A DNA stretch of 64,000 nt from Paramoeba atlantica (taxonomy: Eukaryota > Protista > Discosea), in NCBI GenBank assembly GCA_977017575.1, contig CDRNVI010000060.1, positions 186,001 to 250,000 of the forward strand, written 5' to 3'. The stretch's first letter is position 1; the number at the start of each line of letters is the position of its first letter. Both the position numbers and the translations under genes were made by a program. The notes beneath the pieces are model-generated. The model was not told where the DNA came from and made no database searches. It saw only the letters and a program-made list of their open reading frames with translations. Below are positions 53,246 to 63,699 of the stretch, in pieces.

Positions 53246-56134
53246 TCATCTCGACACCGTCGTGTCCATCTTTCGAGCAATGTACGCACTCAGCACACTC
53301 AGCGGATTTGTAGCGGTCAACGTCGCCGACAAGCGCTTTTCGATATCCTGCATTTTCCGAGCCACCGAGGTTTGAATGTCGATCAACACACGCGATTCAT
53401 AGTCCACACTCTCTTGCACACAATTCGTGAACTGTTCTTCCATTGTGTTCATGTGGGTGCCCATGGTCTGCATTTGTGAGGAGAGGCTACTAAAGTGTTC
53501 ATTTAATTTGTCTACTGCCTGGGAAAGCCGATCTTTTAAATTCCGCTCACGTTCCCGTAGAGCCTCGGTCTCCTTGCGAACGAGACGAAGATAATTTTCC
53601 CGATGTGTTTGGTTTCGTTGCTTGGTCTCATCGAGTGCCTGCTGCAGCGTGTCCATGGCAAGGGAGAGGTACTGCAGTCCCTCTTCGCGCTGTTTTCGCA
53701 CGGTTTGGGAGAGCACCTGTCGGACTTGGCTCAGCAGGGTATCAAACTCACCTCCCTCCAGTTGATGTGCGGCATGAACTCCAGATCCCAACAACCGAAG
53801 TGCCGTGTTCTCTTCGTTGGGTATTTTCTGTACGTATTCTGAAAGTTCGGGTGGAGAGAATGCCCCGGACTCTGCTTGAGAAAGAAACTGAAAGTCTAAA
53901 GTTTCTGCAGTATTTTGAGGCCCAATTTGGGCGCTTGTCGTTGAGCTCCTGTGTGGCTCTTTAACCGCAGAACTGCATTCTCCGTGTGCTTCACTTTGTA
54001 ATTTATTCGATTCTCCTTTTCCCGGACTCACTGCCTCCTCGGAGGGAATCTCATAATTCAGCACAGAGAGCGCACGGAGATGAGCTAACGGACTTTCCTC
54101 CCGAGACTGAGGTTCCAGTCGTCTAGCACGGGCCGATCTTTCCCCTTTTAAAAAAGAGGCTCCTTGTTTTAAAGGTGTAGTCGGATTCCTCGCATTTTCC
54201 CTCGCAATCTTTTCTTTTTCTACTGATCCTCGTTGTACTCGCAACCCAGGGCTTGGCTCTTCTTTCTGTCCCATTTTTTTTCCGTTTTTTTTCGTGGAGG
54301 ATCGAGAAAGGACAGCAGGCATATGATCCGGTAGATTTTCGGCAGTGTGCTCTTGAGAGAGCCGCGCACGAACCGCCGAGCGGGTATTACGACAGGGCGC
54401 ATCCAAATCGTGATACGGCGAAGGCGTACGCACTCTTTTCGCTATATTTGTATCATTTTTTCTGCTCTCTATTTCATTTACTTCATCTGGATATTGCGGC
54501 ACAGCTTCATGGGCTTCTATTCCTGCATGGACGGGGGATTCCAGAGAAGAGGCCAGCGCCTCGCGTACATCCAGAGAGGTAATTACGGCAGGCGGTGCGT
54601 CCTGGTCCGGAGGACTTGTGTCTATCGAAAGAGGAGAAACGTTGACCACTTCGGGAATCTTCGTTTCCGATGGTCTAGAAGTTAACCGATTCGGAGCACC
54701 CTCCACGGTCGAACTCTTCAAACGGTTGGCTTGATCCTGCATCGATTTATCCACAGCTACATGGGAAACGTTTTTCTCTCTTGTGTTCATCGCCTCAATC
54801 AAACGTTGCTGTTCGTTTTGTACCCAGTGACGAAGCTCAGAGTTTTTAATATACGCAAAAGTGGGGGCGTCAAACTCCACACTCAGTTCAGCCCCCTCGC
54901 CCCGACGTGGATGCGAAGCTGCAGAGCTTAGCCCGAAAATTTTCGAATCGTCCCATCCCGTACAGGCCAACAGATTCCCCGGCACACTTAGCAATTTGAA
55001 AACTAAAATACGGCCTTTTAGAATACGAATGCTTCGAATGTGGCAATACGGCAGCGTGTACTCCGGGTGAGCCGCGCAGTCCAGGTGAAGTAATGTGGTC
55101 GTGAAACACACACGAAGCGGTTCCTGCAGCTGCAACTTGGAGAGGGCTACCCGAGCAGCGGTCGCGAACAAGAACTCGGGGTTGGGCTTTAGTGTGTAGT
55201 ACTTTTCGAGCATTTTACGGAGCGCATCCGTTAATCCACGCGTCGGAGGTAAGGGGTGAGCGTTCTTGAGCAGGAATCGTGCCAGGGGGTGGTCCTGACG
55301 TCCCGGAAGAAGATGAAAAACATCTTTTTTTAAAAGGTGCAGTACGTGGATGGTGGATGCGAGAAGGTGGAGATTAAAGAAGTAGGACTTAGAGAGGTCC
55401 ATAAGGGGAATCAGGCGGCTGGAGAAAAACGACAGCAGTTTGCCTCGGGCCTCCTGCTGTGGCACGTGCGGGATCACGAAGCAAAGGAGCTCGGCAAGCA
55501 AGGGTGGAAGTTCCCATCCTCGCGGTAGTTCGACCATTGCAATAATACGGTGGCACACCTCGGTGCACTGTTGTTTGTTGATGGAAACTGTATGGAGGAA
55601 CGCAATAAAGGTTTGTAACGATATGGCACAAAATTTGGTCCAAGTTTCTAAAATGCTTTCGCACGGCGTGATATTCTGCTCACCGGTTTTAGAAGTTTCC
55701 TGTGAATTTTCGATCAAACTTTGTGGTGTGTATACTTCAGCACTTCCTTCGAAGGAGACCTCAACAATGTTCCAAAGTGTCTGTAAAATATTTTGAAGAT
55801 TTGATGCGATCGTGGAATTATTCTTTTTTCCGTACATTCCCGAACCAGGGACGACAGCAACGAGATTTAACAATTCCCAAGCGTAGTCAAAGGTAGGTAG
55901 AGCGGTCGTTCCGTCATTACTTGCAGTTGCTGTTTCCGTTGTGATTTGCGATTTTAGGAGCTCATGGCTTAGTGCTGCTGCATCACTTACGTCCTGAAGA
56001 GTTAAATTAGTGAGGCGACTCCTCATTTCTCGAATAGCTTCTTTCGATGGTAGCGCCGAAGAATCCGATAATCTTCTTTCTCGAAGAGCTTTTCCTAAAT
56101 CCGATACTAGTAAAGAAAAGGTCATTGGAAACAT
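53246..56134 (-). CDS. SYCP2-family-like protein (helical N-terminus + PH-like domain + disordered region + C-terminal coiled coil); KKT17/KKT18 or meiotic-axis candidate
   Basis: 962-aa ORF; LRVCFTTTLLHL..YTLPY..RILVFKL..RRGEGAELSVEFDA recalls the SYCP2 PH domain (REGKELLLYFDA); coiled-coil C-terminus. Confidence 0.6.
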   Translation of the reverse strand: MFPMTFSLLVSDLGKALRERRLSDSSALPSKEAIREMRSRLTNLTLQDVSDAAALSHELLKSQITTETATASNDGTTALPTFDYAWELLNLVAVVPGSGMYGKKNNSTIASNLQNILQTLWNIVEVSFEGSAEVYTPQSLIENSQETSKTGEQNITPCESILETWTKFCAISLQTFIAFLHTVSINKQQCTEVCHRIIAMVELPRGWELPPLLAELLCFVIPHVPQQEARGKLLSFFSSRLIPLMDLSKSYFFNLHLLASTIHVLHLLKKDVFHLLPGRQDHPLARFLLKNAHPLPPTRGLTDALRKMLEKYYTLKPNPEFLFATAARVALSKLQLQEPLRVCFTTTLLHLDCAAHPEYTLPYCHIRSIRILKGRILVFKLLSVPGNLLACTGWDDSKIFGLSSAASHPRRGEGAELSVEFDAPTFAYIKNSELRHWVQNEQQRLIEAMNTREKNVSHVAVDKSMQDQANRLKSSTVEGAPNRLTSRPSETKIPEVVNVSPLSIDTSPPDQDAPPAVITSLDVREALASSLESPVHAGIEAHEAVPQYPDEVNEIESRKNDTNIAKRVRTPSPYHDLDAPCRNTRSAVRARLSQEHTAENLPDHMPAVLSRSSTKKNGKKMGQKEEPSPGLRVQRGSVEKEKIARENARNPTTPLKQGASFLKGERSARARRLEPQSREESPLAHLRALSVLNYEIPSEEAVSPGKGESNKLQSEAHGECSSAVKEPHRSSTTSAQIGPQNTAETLDFQFLSQAESGAFSPPELSEYVQKIPNEENTALRLLGSGVHAAHQLEGGEFDTLLSQVRQVLSQTVRKQREEGLQYLSLAMDTLQQALDETKQRNQTHRENYLRLVRKETEALRERERNLKDRLSQAVDKLNEHFSSLSSQMQTMGTHMNTMEEQFTNCVQESVDYESRVLIDIQTSVARKMQDIEKRLSATLTATNPLSVLSAYIARKMDTTVSR

Positions 56135-56501
56135 GTAATAAAAATTGTGTTCTTTTATTCATTTATTGCTCTAATTAGGTTAACTCCATATACAGTAGGT
56201 TGCTTCTCACTGTGTTAGCAACCGGTATGCAAATATTTTTAAACCAAAAGTTTAGTAATGTTCGGGATAACTATTAAAAAATTTAATAGTTGAGTTATTC
56301 ATTCATTGGTCGCAGTATGATTATTTGCACATTTGGCTACACATAATCTACATTAACCTTTGCTTAACTACAAATGATTCGCACCCTCCACTAGGGAACG
56401 AGCTGTGCTATGCAACTTGGAAATGCGCACATGACCCCAAATGAATTGCACAGGTTCCTGAAAAACTGTTATTCAGAACTCAAGTAAATGTTCAGTATGT
56501 C

Positions 56502-56804
56502 TTACGCATTGTGGTGTACTACTAGATTCTTGTTCACTTTATCCGCAATCAGTGCTATGCGTTTATCAAACTGGTCTGTTACTAAGGTGTTGCTAGATCT
56601 GAAATATTGGTTCCTTAAGTCGTCTAACCTAGCAGAGAGCTCCTTCTTATCACTACGAGTTACATCATATGGATGTTCGGACTCGATGGCAGCATGACCA
56701 TGTGTTTGGTCGATTGTCGAATATGCTAACTCCTCGATCACTTGAGATTTGAATACACGGTCGTGCAGGGCCTTCTTCTCGTACGCAAAATTTGCATGTT
56801 GCAT
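56502..56804 (-). CDS. Hypothetical protein
   Basis: 100-aa ATG ORF on the gene strand; no motif recognised. Confidence 0.3.
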   Translation of the reverse strand: MQHANFAYEKKALHDRVFKSQVIEELAYSTIDQTHGHAAIESEHPYDVTRSDKKELSARLDDLRNQYFRSSNTLVTDQFDKRIALIADKVNKNLVVHHNA

Positions 56805-57379
56805 AAAATAAAAGTATTACAAAGATTTTTCTACTTTCGGAAATGAATCATATTGCACATACTTGAAAAATTGTACTTTCAAAGTTAATTAGATTTCACT
56901 TGTACATACTTGAAAAGGAGTGGACAGATGATCGAACACAAGGAACACCGCTTTCGATATTTGCGCGTGATTGGACACGAACTTTATGTGTCAAGGTTAC
57001 TTACTTTGGAATTGAATATCCAGAGATATCCCAGAGAAACTAGGAAGCGTGCATCAGAAACATCCAGCCACTAAAATTTCAAATTGTGGGTCCACAATGT
57101 TTCGGAATATTTTTGTTTGCTTTCATTGTACAATGTTCATTGAATTGCTTCCTTTGAATCAGCGGTTGGAACGAGACAACCGGAGTTGTCTTCGTTGAAT
57201 CATCGCTGTCGCGAAAATTTGCTGCGAACTTTCTCTAGTCATTCAGAACATGAGTTAGATGTAGCACGACTCCAAATTAACCGAGTTAAAGCACACCTCT
57301 GCGTCATTTGCGAGCAGATTTTTGTTCATCAGGGACATTTAGCGGTCATCGACGAAAGACGCCCAAGAGGCAACCAATA

Positions 57380-58033
57380 TTACGCGGCATAAGTTGGACT
57401 CGGTGCTGTGCCTCGAACGTGCTCCCCACATCCATGTAGACGAACCGGGGAGTCGTCTCGATCACCGCCGTCTTCACGTGCATCCCGGTGTGAAGAAGCA
57501 CATGTAGTTCCAGGAGGAATGTTCATACGATAGTTCATGAGCAGACTCCAGCGAATATACATCCTCTCAAGACACTTACGTTTCCAAGTCAAACTGTTTC
57601 AGGGTAAGATACATAGTTCCCAATTTGGTTTGTCAGCAAATGCAGCCCTACTACTTTTTGAGCTCATGCGAACACGACATACAAAATTATGACCTCCAAC
57701 CTCGCAATTTTTCTCATAAAGTACGACGCGAAGCAATGCCAAATTTTGCCAGTGTCGAGAGGAAACGCTTGTAAGGGCGCTGAGAGAGGTCGAACACTGG
57801 AACACGTGGCGCCCTGCTTTCAATTCTTCTGGAGATTGTAACGAAGGTGAACATGGAAGTGCTATGCGTTCCGCGACGTGAGCAAAATCAACTATGAACT
57901 CTATACCCCAGTGTGTATTTGGAATATTGTGGTTTAAAACGTACACAAGCTCCAAGTTTAGTTCTGTGAGCAGCATACAATTGCGCGGAGAAGCACTTTG
58001 ATCCATAACGGTCATTCCCATTTCACTAATCAT
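57380..58033 (-). pseudogene. Hypothetical or decayed ORF with one in-frame TGA (57599-601)
   Basis: ORFs 57599-58033 and 57380-57592 are in the same frame. Confidence 0.3.
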
Positions 58034-58333
58034 CGGCGTAAAGAACGAACAGAGTAAAAAGGTGAAGCTCTTGTATTACGAGTTACAGAGTAACTACTTA
58101 ATCACCTGATGAAATGAGACTACTTAACTACAAAACTGTAACTTGCCACTACACACTATCAAACCCTACTTAATTTTCCAACCCCCCTATTTTACAGTAA
58201 TACCCCCTATTTTACAATGAAGTAAAATTAAAAGGTTCAAATTCTTGTAAGAGTAAAATATAATACTATACAGTATAATACCATACAGTATATTTTACCA
58301 CTTCTACAAAATTGCGAGATACCATAATGAATT

Positions 58334-59172
58334 CTATATTTTGACACACGCTGGAATTGATGTTGATTGCACATCCAAAAAAAATATATTTCCACTTAAA
58401 TCCAAATTATGCATAGTTGAAGGCAATGCGTCAAGCAATACTTTTCCCGTAAATGCGTTGTCGCCCAGGGCGAGCGTACGTAATTTGCTAGGAAGTTTGC
58501 GAAGCTCCAACTCACCATCAAGCTTGTTCTTCGACAAGGATAATATATCAAGTTGATTCGGAAGATTTGTTAAGTCGACGTTCCCTACGAATTGATTTCC
58601 TTGAAGAGCTTGATAAGTCCTCCTGGGAGTATCGTCAAAACAACATTTCCTGAAAAACAATTACGGGGCAAAGACAACGCTTTTAACGAAGGAGGAAGTG
58701 ACGTAAGATCAAGTTCACCGGAAAATCTCGTAGCTGCTGACCAAAGTTCCTGAAACACAAGTGGTAAGCAGCCGGTATCAAAGGCTCCGTAAAAGGAGTT
58801 GTATTGGATGTTTAAATAGGTGAGCTTAGGAGGAAGTGCAGAAACCTGAAAACGTCCACCAAGTTCATTATCTCCCACACGAAGATCGCAAACAGTATGG
58901 GGTACGCTACTCCAAGAGAGATTACCCTTCAGTGCTCTATTCAGCCAATTGATAGTAAGAACTTCATCATCTGAATTACAAGCGACACCCACCCATAAGC
59001 ATGGTTGTGTTTCCTTCTTGGTAATCACTGACTTTGCCTCCAGATTCTTAATAAATTGTGCCATTTGCATGTCTTGTGAAAGGATGGCTCCTCGTACTTT
59101 GCCCAGACGGGTTGCAGTCTGGGATGAATCCGCAAGTGCAGATCTTCTGAGAAATTGACAAAGAAATGTCAT
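58334..59172 (-). pseudogene. LRR paralog of 4444-5301 with a frameshift near 58603
   Basis: Two overlapping ORFs give one colinear LRR protein. Confidence 0.88.
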
Positions 59173-60151
59173 GTAATAAACAGAAATACAAGTGTCGTAC
59201 AGGTAGAGTAATCACTACAGTTTCTTTAACTTCTAAATTCGGAAAATACGGTAAAGAAATACTATCCCCCTATTGATGGTCCAAAACTGAAAAGAAAGTG
59301 AAAAAAAAGGGGGGTCCAGGGTGAGTCCAGGGGGGTCCAGAGGTGGGGGCAGGGGGGGATACCGCACGAATTGTTTTTTGAAACAATTATTTTTCGAACA
59401 AAACCCTCAGAAGCGGTAGCCGGCGTCTTGGCGCACATTTTCCACCCCCCTACCCGGGGTTGACCCGCCAGCTTATCCGCAGGACAGGTCCGCCCAGTTC
59501 GGATTTTTTCGGAAAAAAAATCGAAAAAAATTTCACTTGGCGAAAAAAATGGAAAAGATACGTTTTCCAAAATCGTTTCCCCTAATGTATTTTGATAGTT
59601 TAGGACCCTTACTACCTTCGAGCCGTGGTATTTTTTTGACTGAAAAAGGTGAAAAAGTATTTTTCGGGCCCCAAGGGGGCTTTTTGTGTCGAAAGAATAG
59701 GGTGTTTGGAGTCGTACCCAATACGTTTGGTAGGCTTTCATTCATTCCTACGAGTGATTTCCCACGCGCAGGTGTCAGATTTAGTGCACTGAGAGCAAAA
59801 ATCACCCCACTTTTACCCTAAAATAGGCTACTTTTGGCTACCTTCTGGCTAGTATAATCTTTCCGTTTTCTTCAGCTTTCCAGGCCAAATTTTCTTTTTT
59901 TTGGGGGCTCTTCGGTAAACGCGGTGGTAATTTTCAACGCGAAGCGCGCAGAGTGAGTGACTTCTAAGTTGAAAATAATATTTTTCCAAAATCGACTCCT
60001 AAAACGCATTTTAAGATTTTTGGACCTCAGCTACCATTCTACGACATTTTTTTCGACAGATTCGCCTCCTGCCCCTACTGCCAAGGCATCAAAAACGGCC
60101 CAAATTCGGGTTGAAATTTCGCAATTTGCACTGAAAAATCCAGCTTTTTAA

Positions 60152-60339
60152 CCCAAAAAATAGATTACTCATGATCGTTTCGCGATTATCCGTTTTTAGG
60201 CTCTTCATTAAACGCGGAGGTAGTTTTCAACGCGAAGCGCGCAGCAGTGGTGACTTCTAAGTTGAAAACAACCACCGCGTTTAATGAAGTCTAAAAACGA
60301 AAAATCGCGAAAAGGTCATGAATAATCTATTTTTTGGGG
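60152..60339. repeat. ~190-bp foldback palindrome (core as 32507-32603; partial copy 59915-60000)
   Basis: CCCAAAAAATAGATT..TTTCGCGATT..CTTCATTAAACGCGG / CCGCGTTTAATGAAG..AATCGCGAAA..AATCTATTTTTTTGGG. Confidence 0.9.
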
Positions 60340-60747
60340 GGAATAACCTCGATTTTCTGGCAAAAAATGCAAAATTTTTGCGGGGGATACTACTCTCTCG
60401 CTACCGTAGGTTCATTCGTCGTGCCCGATTTGTGGCGCGATTTCGTGTCCGATATACATGAGGGGCTGCGGGTGTGCATCACCGAACCCGCACCGAACCG
60501 GCCCTTTGCATTTGAGGTCGAATGAGGTCTATTTTAGACCAAATAAATGGATTGGACACGTATAAAGTAGCTTAAAGTGTAGTTTTTTTTAGTTTGTTAC
60601 CGTACATAGCCGCCTTACTGTGAAAATATGGTGTACGCTGTATACGGTGCTGTATACGAACGGTGTATGCATTACACAAATCAAATGTACAATTAATAAA
60701 CCCTCCACAATACATGCATAATTATTTTACATTATCCTCCTTTTTAT

Positions 60748-61352
60748 ATGATGAGCCCTGTTGAGAGCAACGAAGATTTCACTTCACGTATGAAGGTCAC
60801 ATCTGCGAGGGATGACGTATACGACGTCATTGTCGCATCGCTTATGCGCACCTTCACGAAGCGCAAAACTCCTTTCGCCCTCCAGCGTTCGTTATCACTG
60901 AGGAGGAATTGGGAGCCAAGGTGGAAAAATGCATGAGGCGCGTATCGCGCACGATGGACAGCTACTTACATGCCACACGCTCTGTGTGTGGCGTGGAGGT
61001 TAGCTCCCAAGTGCTGCAGCGTGTCATCTTCCATCTTGTGGAGCGCCGAGGACACCTTCTCTTGGATTGTCTGCCACGAGGGGTCTACTTCCTTGCAGAG
61101 GCGACGCGTGGTTTGGAAGCTTTCTTGGAACAGAACCCTCTCTACGCCATTCCTCATGAAGGAGTTGTGGGGGAATTCGTGGAGAACGTGTGGCTTTCTG
61201 TTTCAGGAAAGCGCTCCAGATCATGCACTCTGTGGCGCAAACGGAAGAGTGGCCAGCGTAAAGAAAACTTAGCAGAGGAATCCCTTTCTTCTACGGTGAT
61301 CTCTTCACCCAACTTGCGCACTCAACCTTCCTCGCTCCCTCAACCTTGGTGA
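60748..61352 (+). CDS. Accessory ORF of unknown function (one frameshift near 60890)
   Basis: ORFs 60748-60936 and 60909-61352 join at ITEEELGAK; homolog at 24100-24523. Confidence 0.65.
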
Positions 61353-61604
61353 AGCCTCTTTGAAGCCACATTCCTCTCGCGTGATGCGCATTCCTTCCCT
61401 TTAGCTTTCCCTCGCAGAAGCGAACGTTTCCCCCGCAAAATGTACGTAAAAGAAAAAGAGCTGCAATTCAAGAGAAGTGATAAGCTCGATTTTTTTGAAG
61501 TTTGGAGTGCTAACCTTTATATATCATTCTTTTTTTAGATGTCATGCATCTTGTATCATGAATAAGTTAGACATCTTACCCATGAACGTCATCTTATATG
61601 TATC

Positions 61605-62720
61605 ATGAATAAGTTAGGTATCTTACCCATGAATGTCATCTTACTTTTTGTTTTCTCTCTAGACGATATTTTATCCTGCAATTCTATCATGTACGGCATT
61701 ACCAGAGAGCATCTCACAGATTTTTTTCTTGAGCTACAGAGAGCAAGTCCTCTTGTCGCCACGGACAATGATCTCAGACGTCTTAGCTCTTCCTTAGCTA
61801 TGTGCGCTTTGAACTGCACATGGGAGCAACTGTATGATTTACAGCCCATGTGGATTGCTCCCGAAACTCCGCCTCTATCCATCAGGACTCTCCGCGATGA
61901 CGTTGGCCGCATCGCTGATCTTTGCCGCTCTCCTGCTTTAATGAATTCGAAACTTCGTTTCAAGCATGGGGTATCTTGGATGTCTGACGTGACATGCATG
62001 ATGGACGTCACGACAATCCCATGTCGTGCAAGGAAACCGCGGGACGTATGGGACGAAGCCTCTCAGGAAATGAGAAAAAAAGATGCGACCTACTCCGGCA
62101 GGCACAGGGAACACTGTTTTAAAGTGGAGTTCTGGCTTACGCTTGCCGGAGTCCTTATTTTTTTTCGCGGACCCGTTCCGGGCAGTGTACATGATGCGAA
62201 AATTTATAAAGAAATAACCATGCACGGAACATTTCTTTTTGACCATCATGAAGATGAAATGTTTTTGGCGGATCTAGGATACGTGGGTTGCAACCACTGT
62301 TTTGTTCCATTCAAGACACCACGCAAAGGTTGCCTTGATGAACACCAGGATCGGTTCAACCGCATCCTTGGATTTGTTTGGATTGGATCCAACCGCATGC
62401 ATTCTTGGATTAGTTCAAGAAGCGAGCGTTGTTTCGCTCGTTTCGAAAAATTTCGTTTTTTTCATGGAACGGACCACGATATTACGTGGGTAAAGGATGC
62501 CGTTCAGATTGTATCTGTTGCAGTGTATGGTTTGCTTGCATCAGAACCGCAATGCGACTTTGATAGTGAAATAAATGTACATTTACAAAATATCGATGAC
62601 TCATCTTTTTGTTGGTGTAGCAAAGGGTGTGGTTTAGTCAAACCGATTGATGAACGGAGGGATTGGCTCAAAGAACACATATACCATATGGGATACATGT
62701 ATGTTCCCAAGAAACCATAG
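61605..62720 (+). CDS. DDE_Tnp_4-type (Harbinger/ISL2EU/IS5-ISL2-like) transposase, apparently intact
   Basis: MMDVTTIP, YSGRHREHCFK, PGSVHD, LADLGYVG, PFKTPR, RSERCFARFEKF; a ~48-bp tandem repeat at 61549-61645 obscures the start. Confidence 0.88.
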   Translation: MNKLGILPMNVILLFVFSLDDILSCNSIMYGITREHLTDFFLELQRASPLVATDNDLRRLSSSLAMCALNCTWEQLYDLQPMWIAPETPPLSIRTLRDDVGRIADLCRSPALMNSKLRFKHGVSWMSDVTCMMDVTTIPCRARKPRDVWDEASQEMRKKDATYSGRHREHCFKVEFWLTLAGVLIFFRGPVPGSVHDAKIYKEITMHGTFLFDHHEDEMFLADLGYVGCNHCFVPFKTPRKGCLDEHQDRFNRILGFVWIGSNRMHSWISSRSERCFARFEKFRFFHGTDHDITWVKDAVQIVSVAVYGLLASEPQCDFDSEINVHLQNIDDSSFCWCSKGCGLVKPIDERRDWLKEHIYHMGYMYVPKKP

Positions 62721-63309
62721 CATGGATCAAAAACTAAATAAAATTTAGTAAGAATAATTTTAGTCGTTTTCCATGAATTGCGAAATGTAAACTACGTAGT
62801 CATATCGTATATTATGGCTTATAAATTTTTGTTATTATCGTATATTATGTACACTATGTATGTCGCACATTATGATTTCTCCTTCAATCTAACTATTTTT
62901 CTCCTTCAATGTCTGCAGCTCCGACTATTTTCGCATGCTTTCAGAGGACTTTTTTCAACCCGCGCCGAGCCCGCACCGAACCCGCGACCCTCACATGTAG
63001 TTTCAGGTGAGTTTTCGAAACAATGGTTTACAAAAGGCGTACGAACCGAATTGAGTGACAAAAGCACTAGTTTTTCCACAATTCCAAGAGGTACCCCCTG
63101 CCCCTCCCCTCCCCACCAGGGTGATCATAGCAATCTTTGAAAATTTGAAAAAAACTGAAATTTATCGGTGAAAGTAAAAAAATATTGTTTTTCCCAAATC
63201 AACTCCTAGACCGTTTTTTCAGAGTTTGGGGCCTGAAATACCTGTATACACTTTGGCTTAATTCGATACTTCTGCTCCATGTGTTGTTGGTACACCTACG
63301 GAGGCCAAA

Positions 63310-63664
63310 CTTCAACTGGAAGTGCGTGAAAAGCAAGGCCGTAGAGGAAGGAGGAGGCGCAAGCCTAAAAGGCAGAAGGCGGAACCTTCTGTCTTTTTGA
63401 CGCCGCCACGACGACTTCCTCACGTGAGAAGCTGTAAGAGGTCCTTGGGAGCATGTTTCGATGGCTATGTAACCCAGGCTAAAGTAGACGAGGGAGACAC
63501 TAAAGGCAGCTTTAGCAAACTACCACAAAACTGGAACAGCATCTCCATTTAAAGATTCTTGGGCCACATCAGAATGCTTAACAAACCGGGAGATACTGTT
63601 CCAGTTTTGTGGGAGTTTGCCAAATGTGCCTTTAGTATCTCCCTCGTCCACTTTAGCCTAGGTT
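63310..63664. repeat. Structured module ending in a 194-bp hairpin (copy 2)
   Basis: Arms 63471-63546 and 63589-63664 pair at about 68/76. Confidence 0.9.
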
Positions 63665-63699
63665 ATTAAACCAAAAAACTATTAATAATTTTACAGCTA

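Larger units (their letters stand above)
60460..62992 (+). mobile_element. PHIS (Harbinger/ISL2EU-like) DNA transposon, GAGGG TIRs, 4-bp TSD ACAT
   Basis: acat|GAGGGGCTGCGGGT ... ACCCGCGACCCTC|acat; two ORFs inside. Confidence 0.88.

Noticed and set aside
39695-57601. In-frame TGA codons (39695, 57599) suggesting stop-codon reassignment
   Set aside because: Intact genes have no internal stops, and PGK (after -AKL) and the 962-aa gene end in TGA, so these are pseudogene lesions
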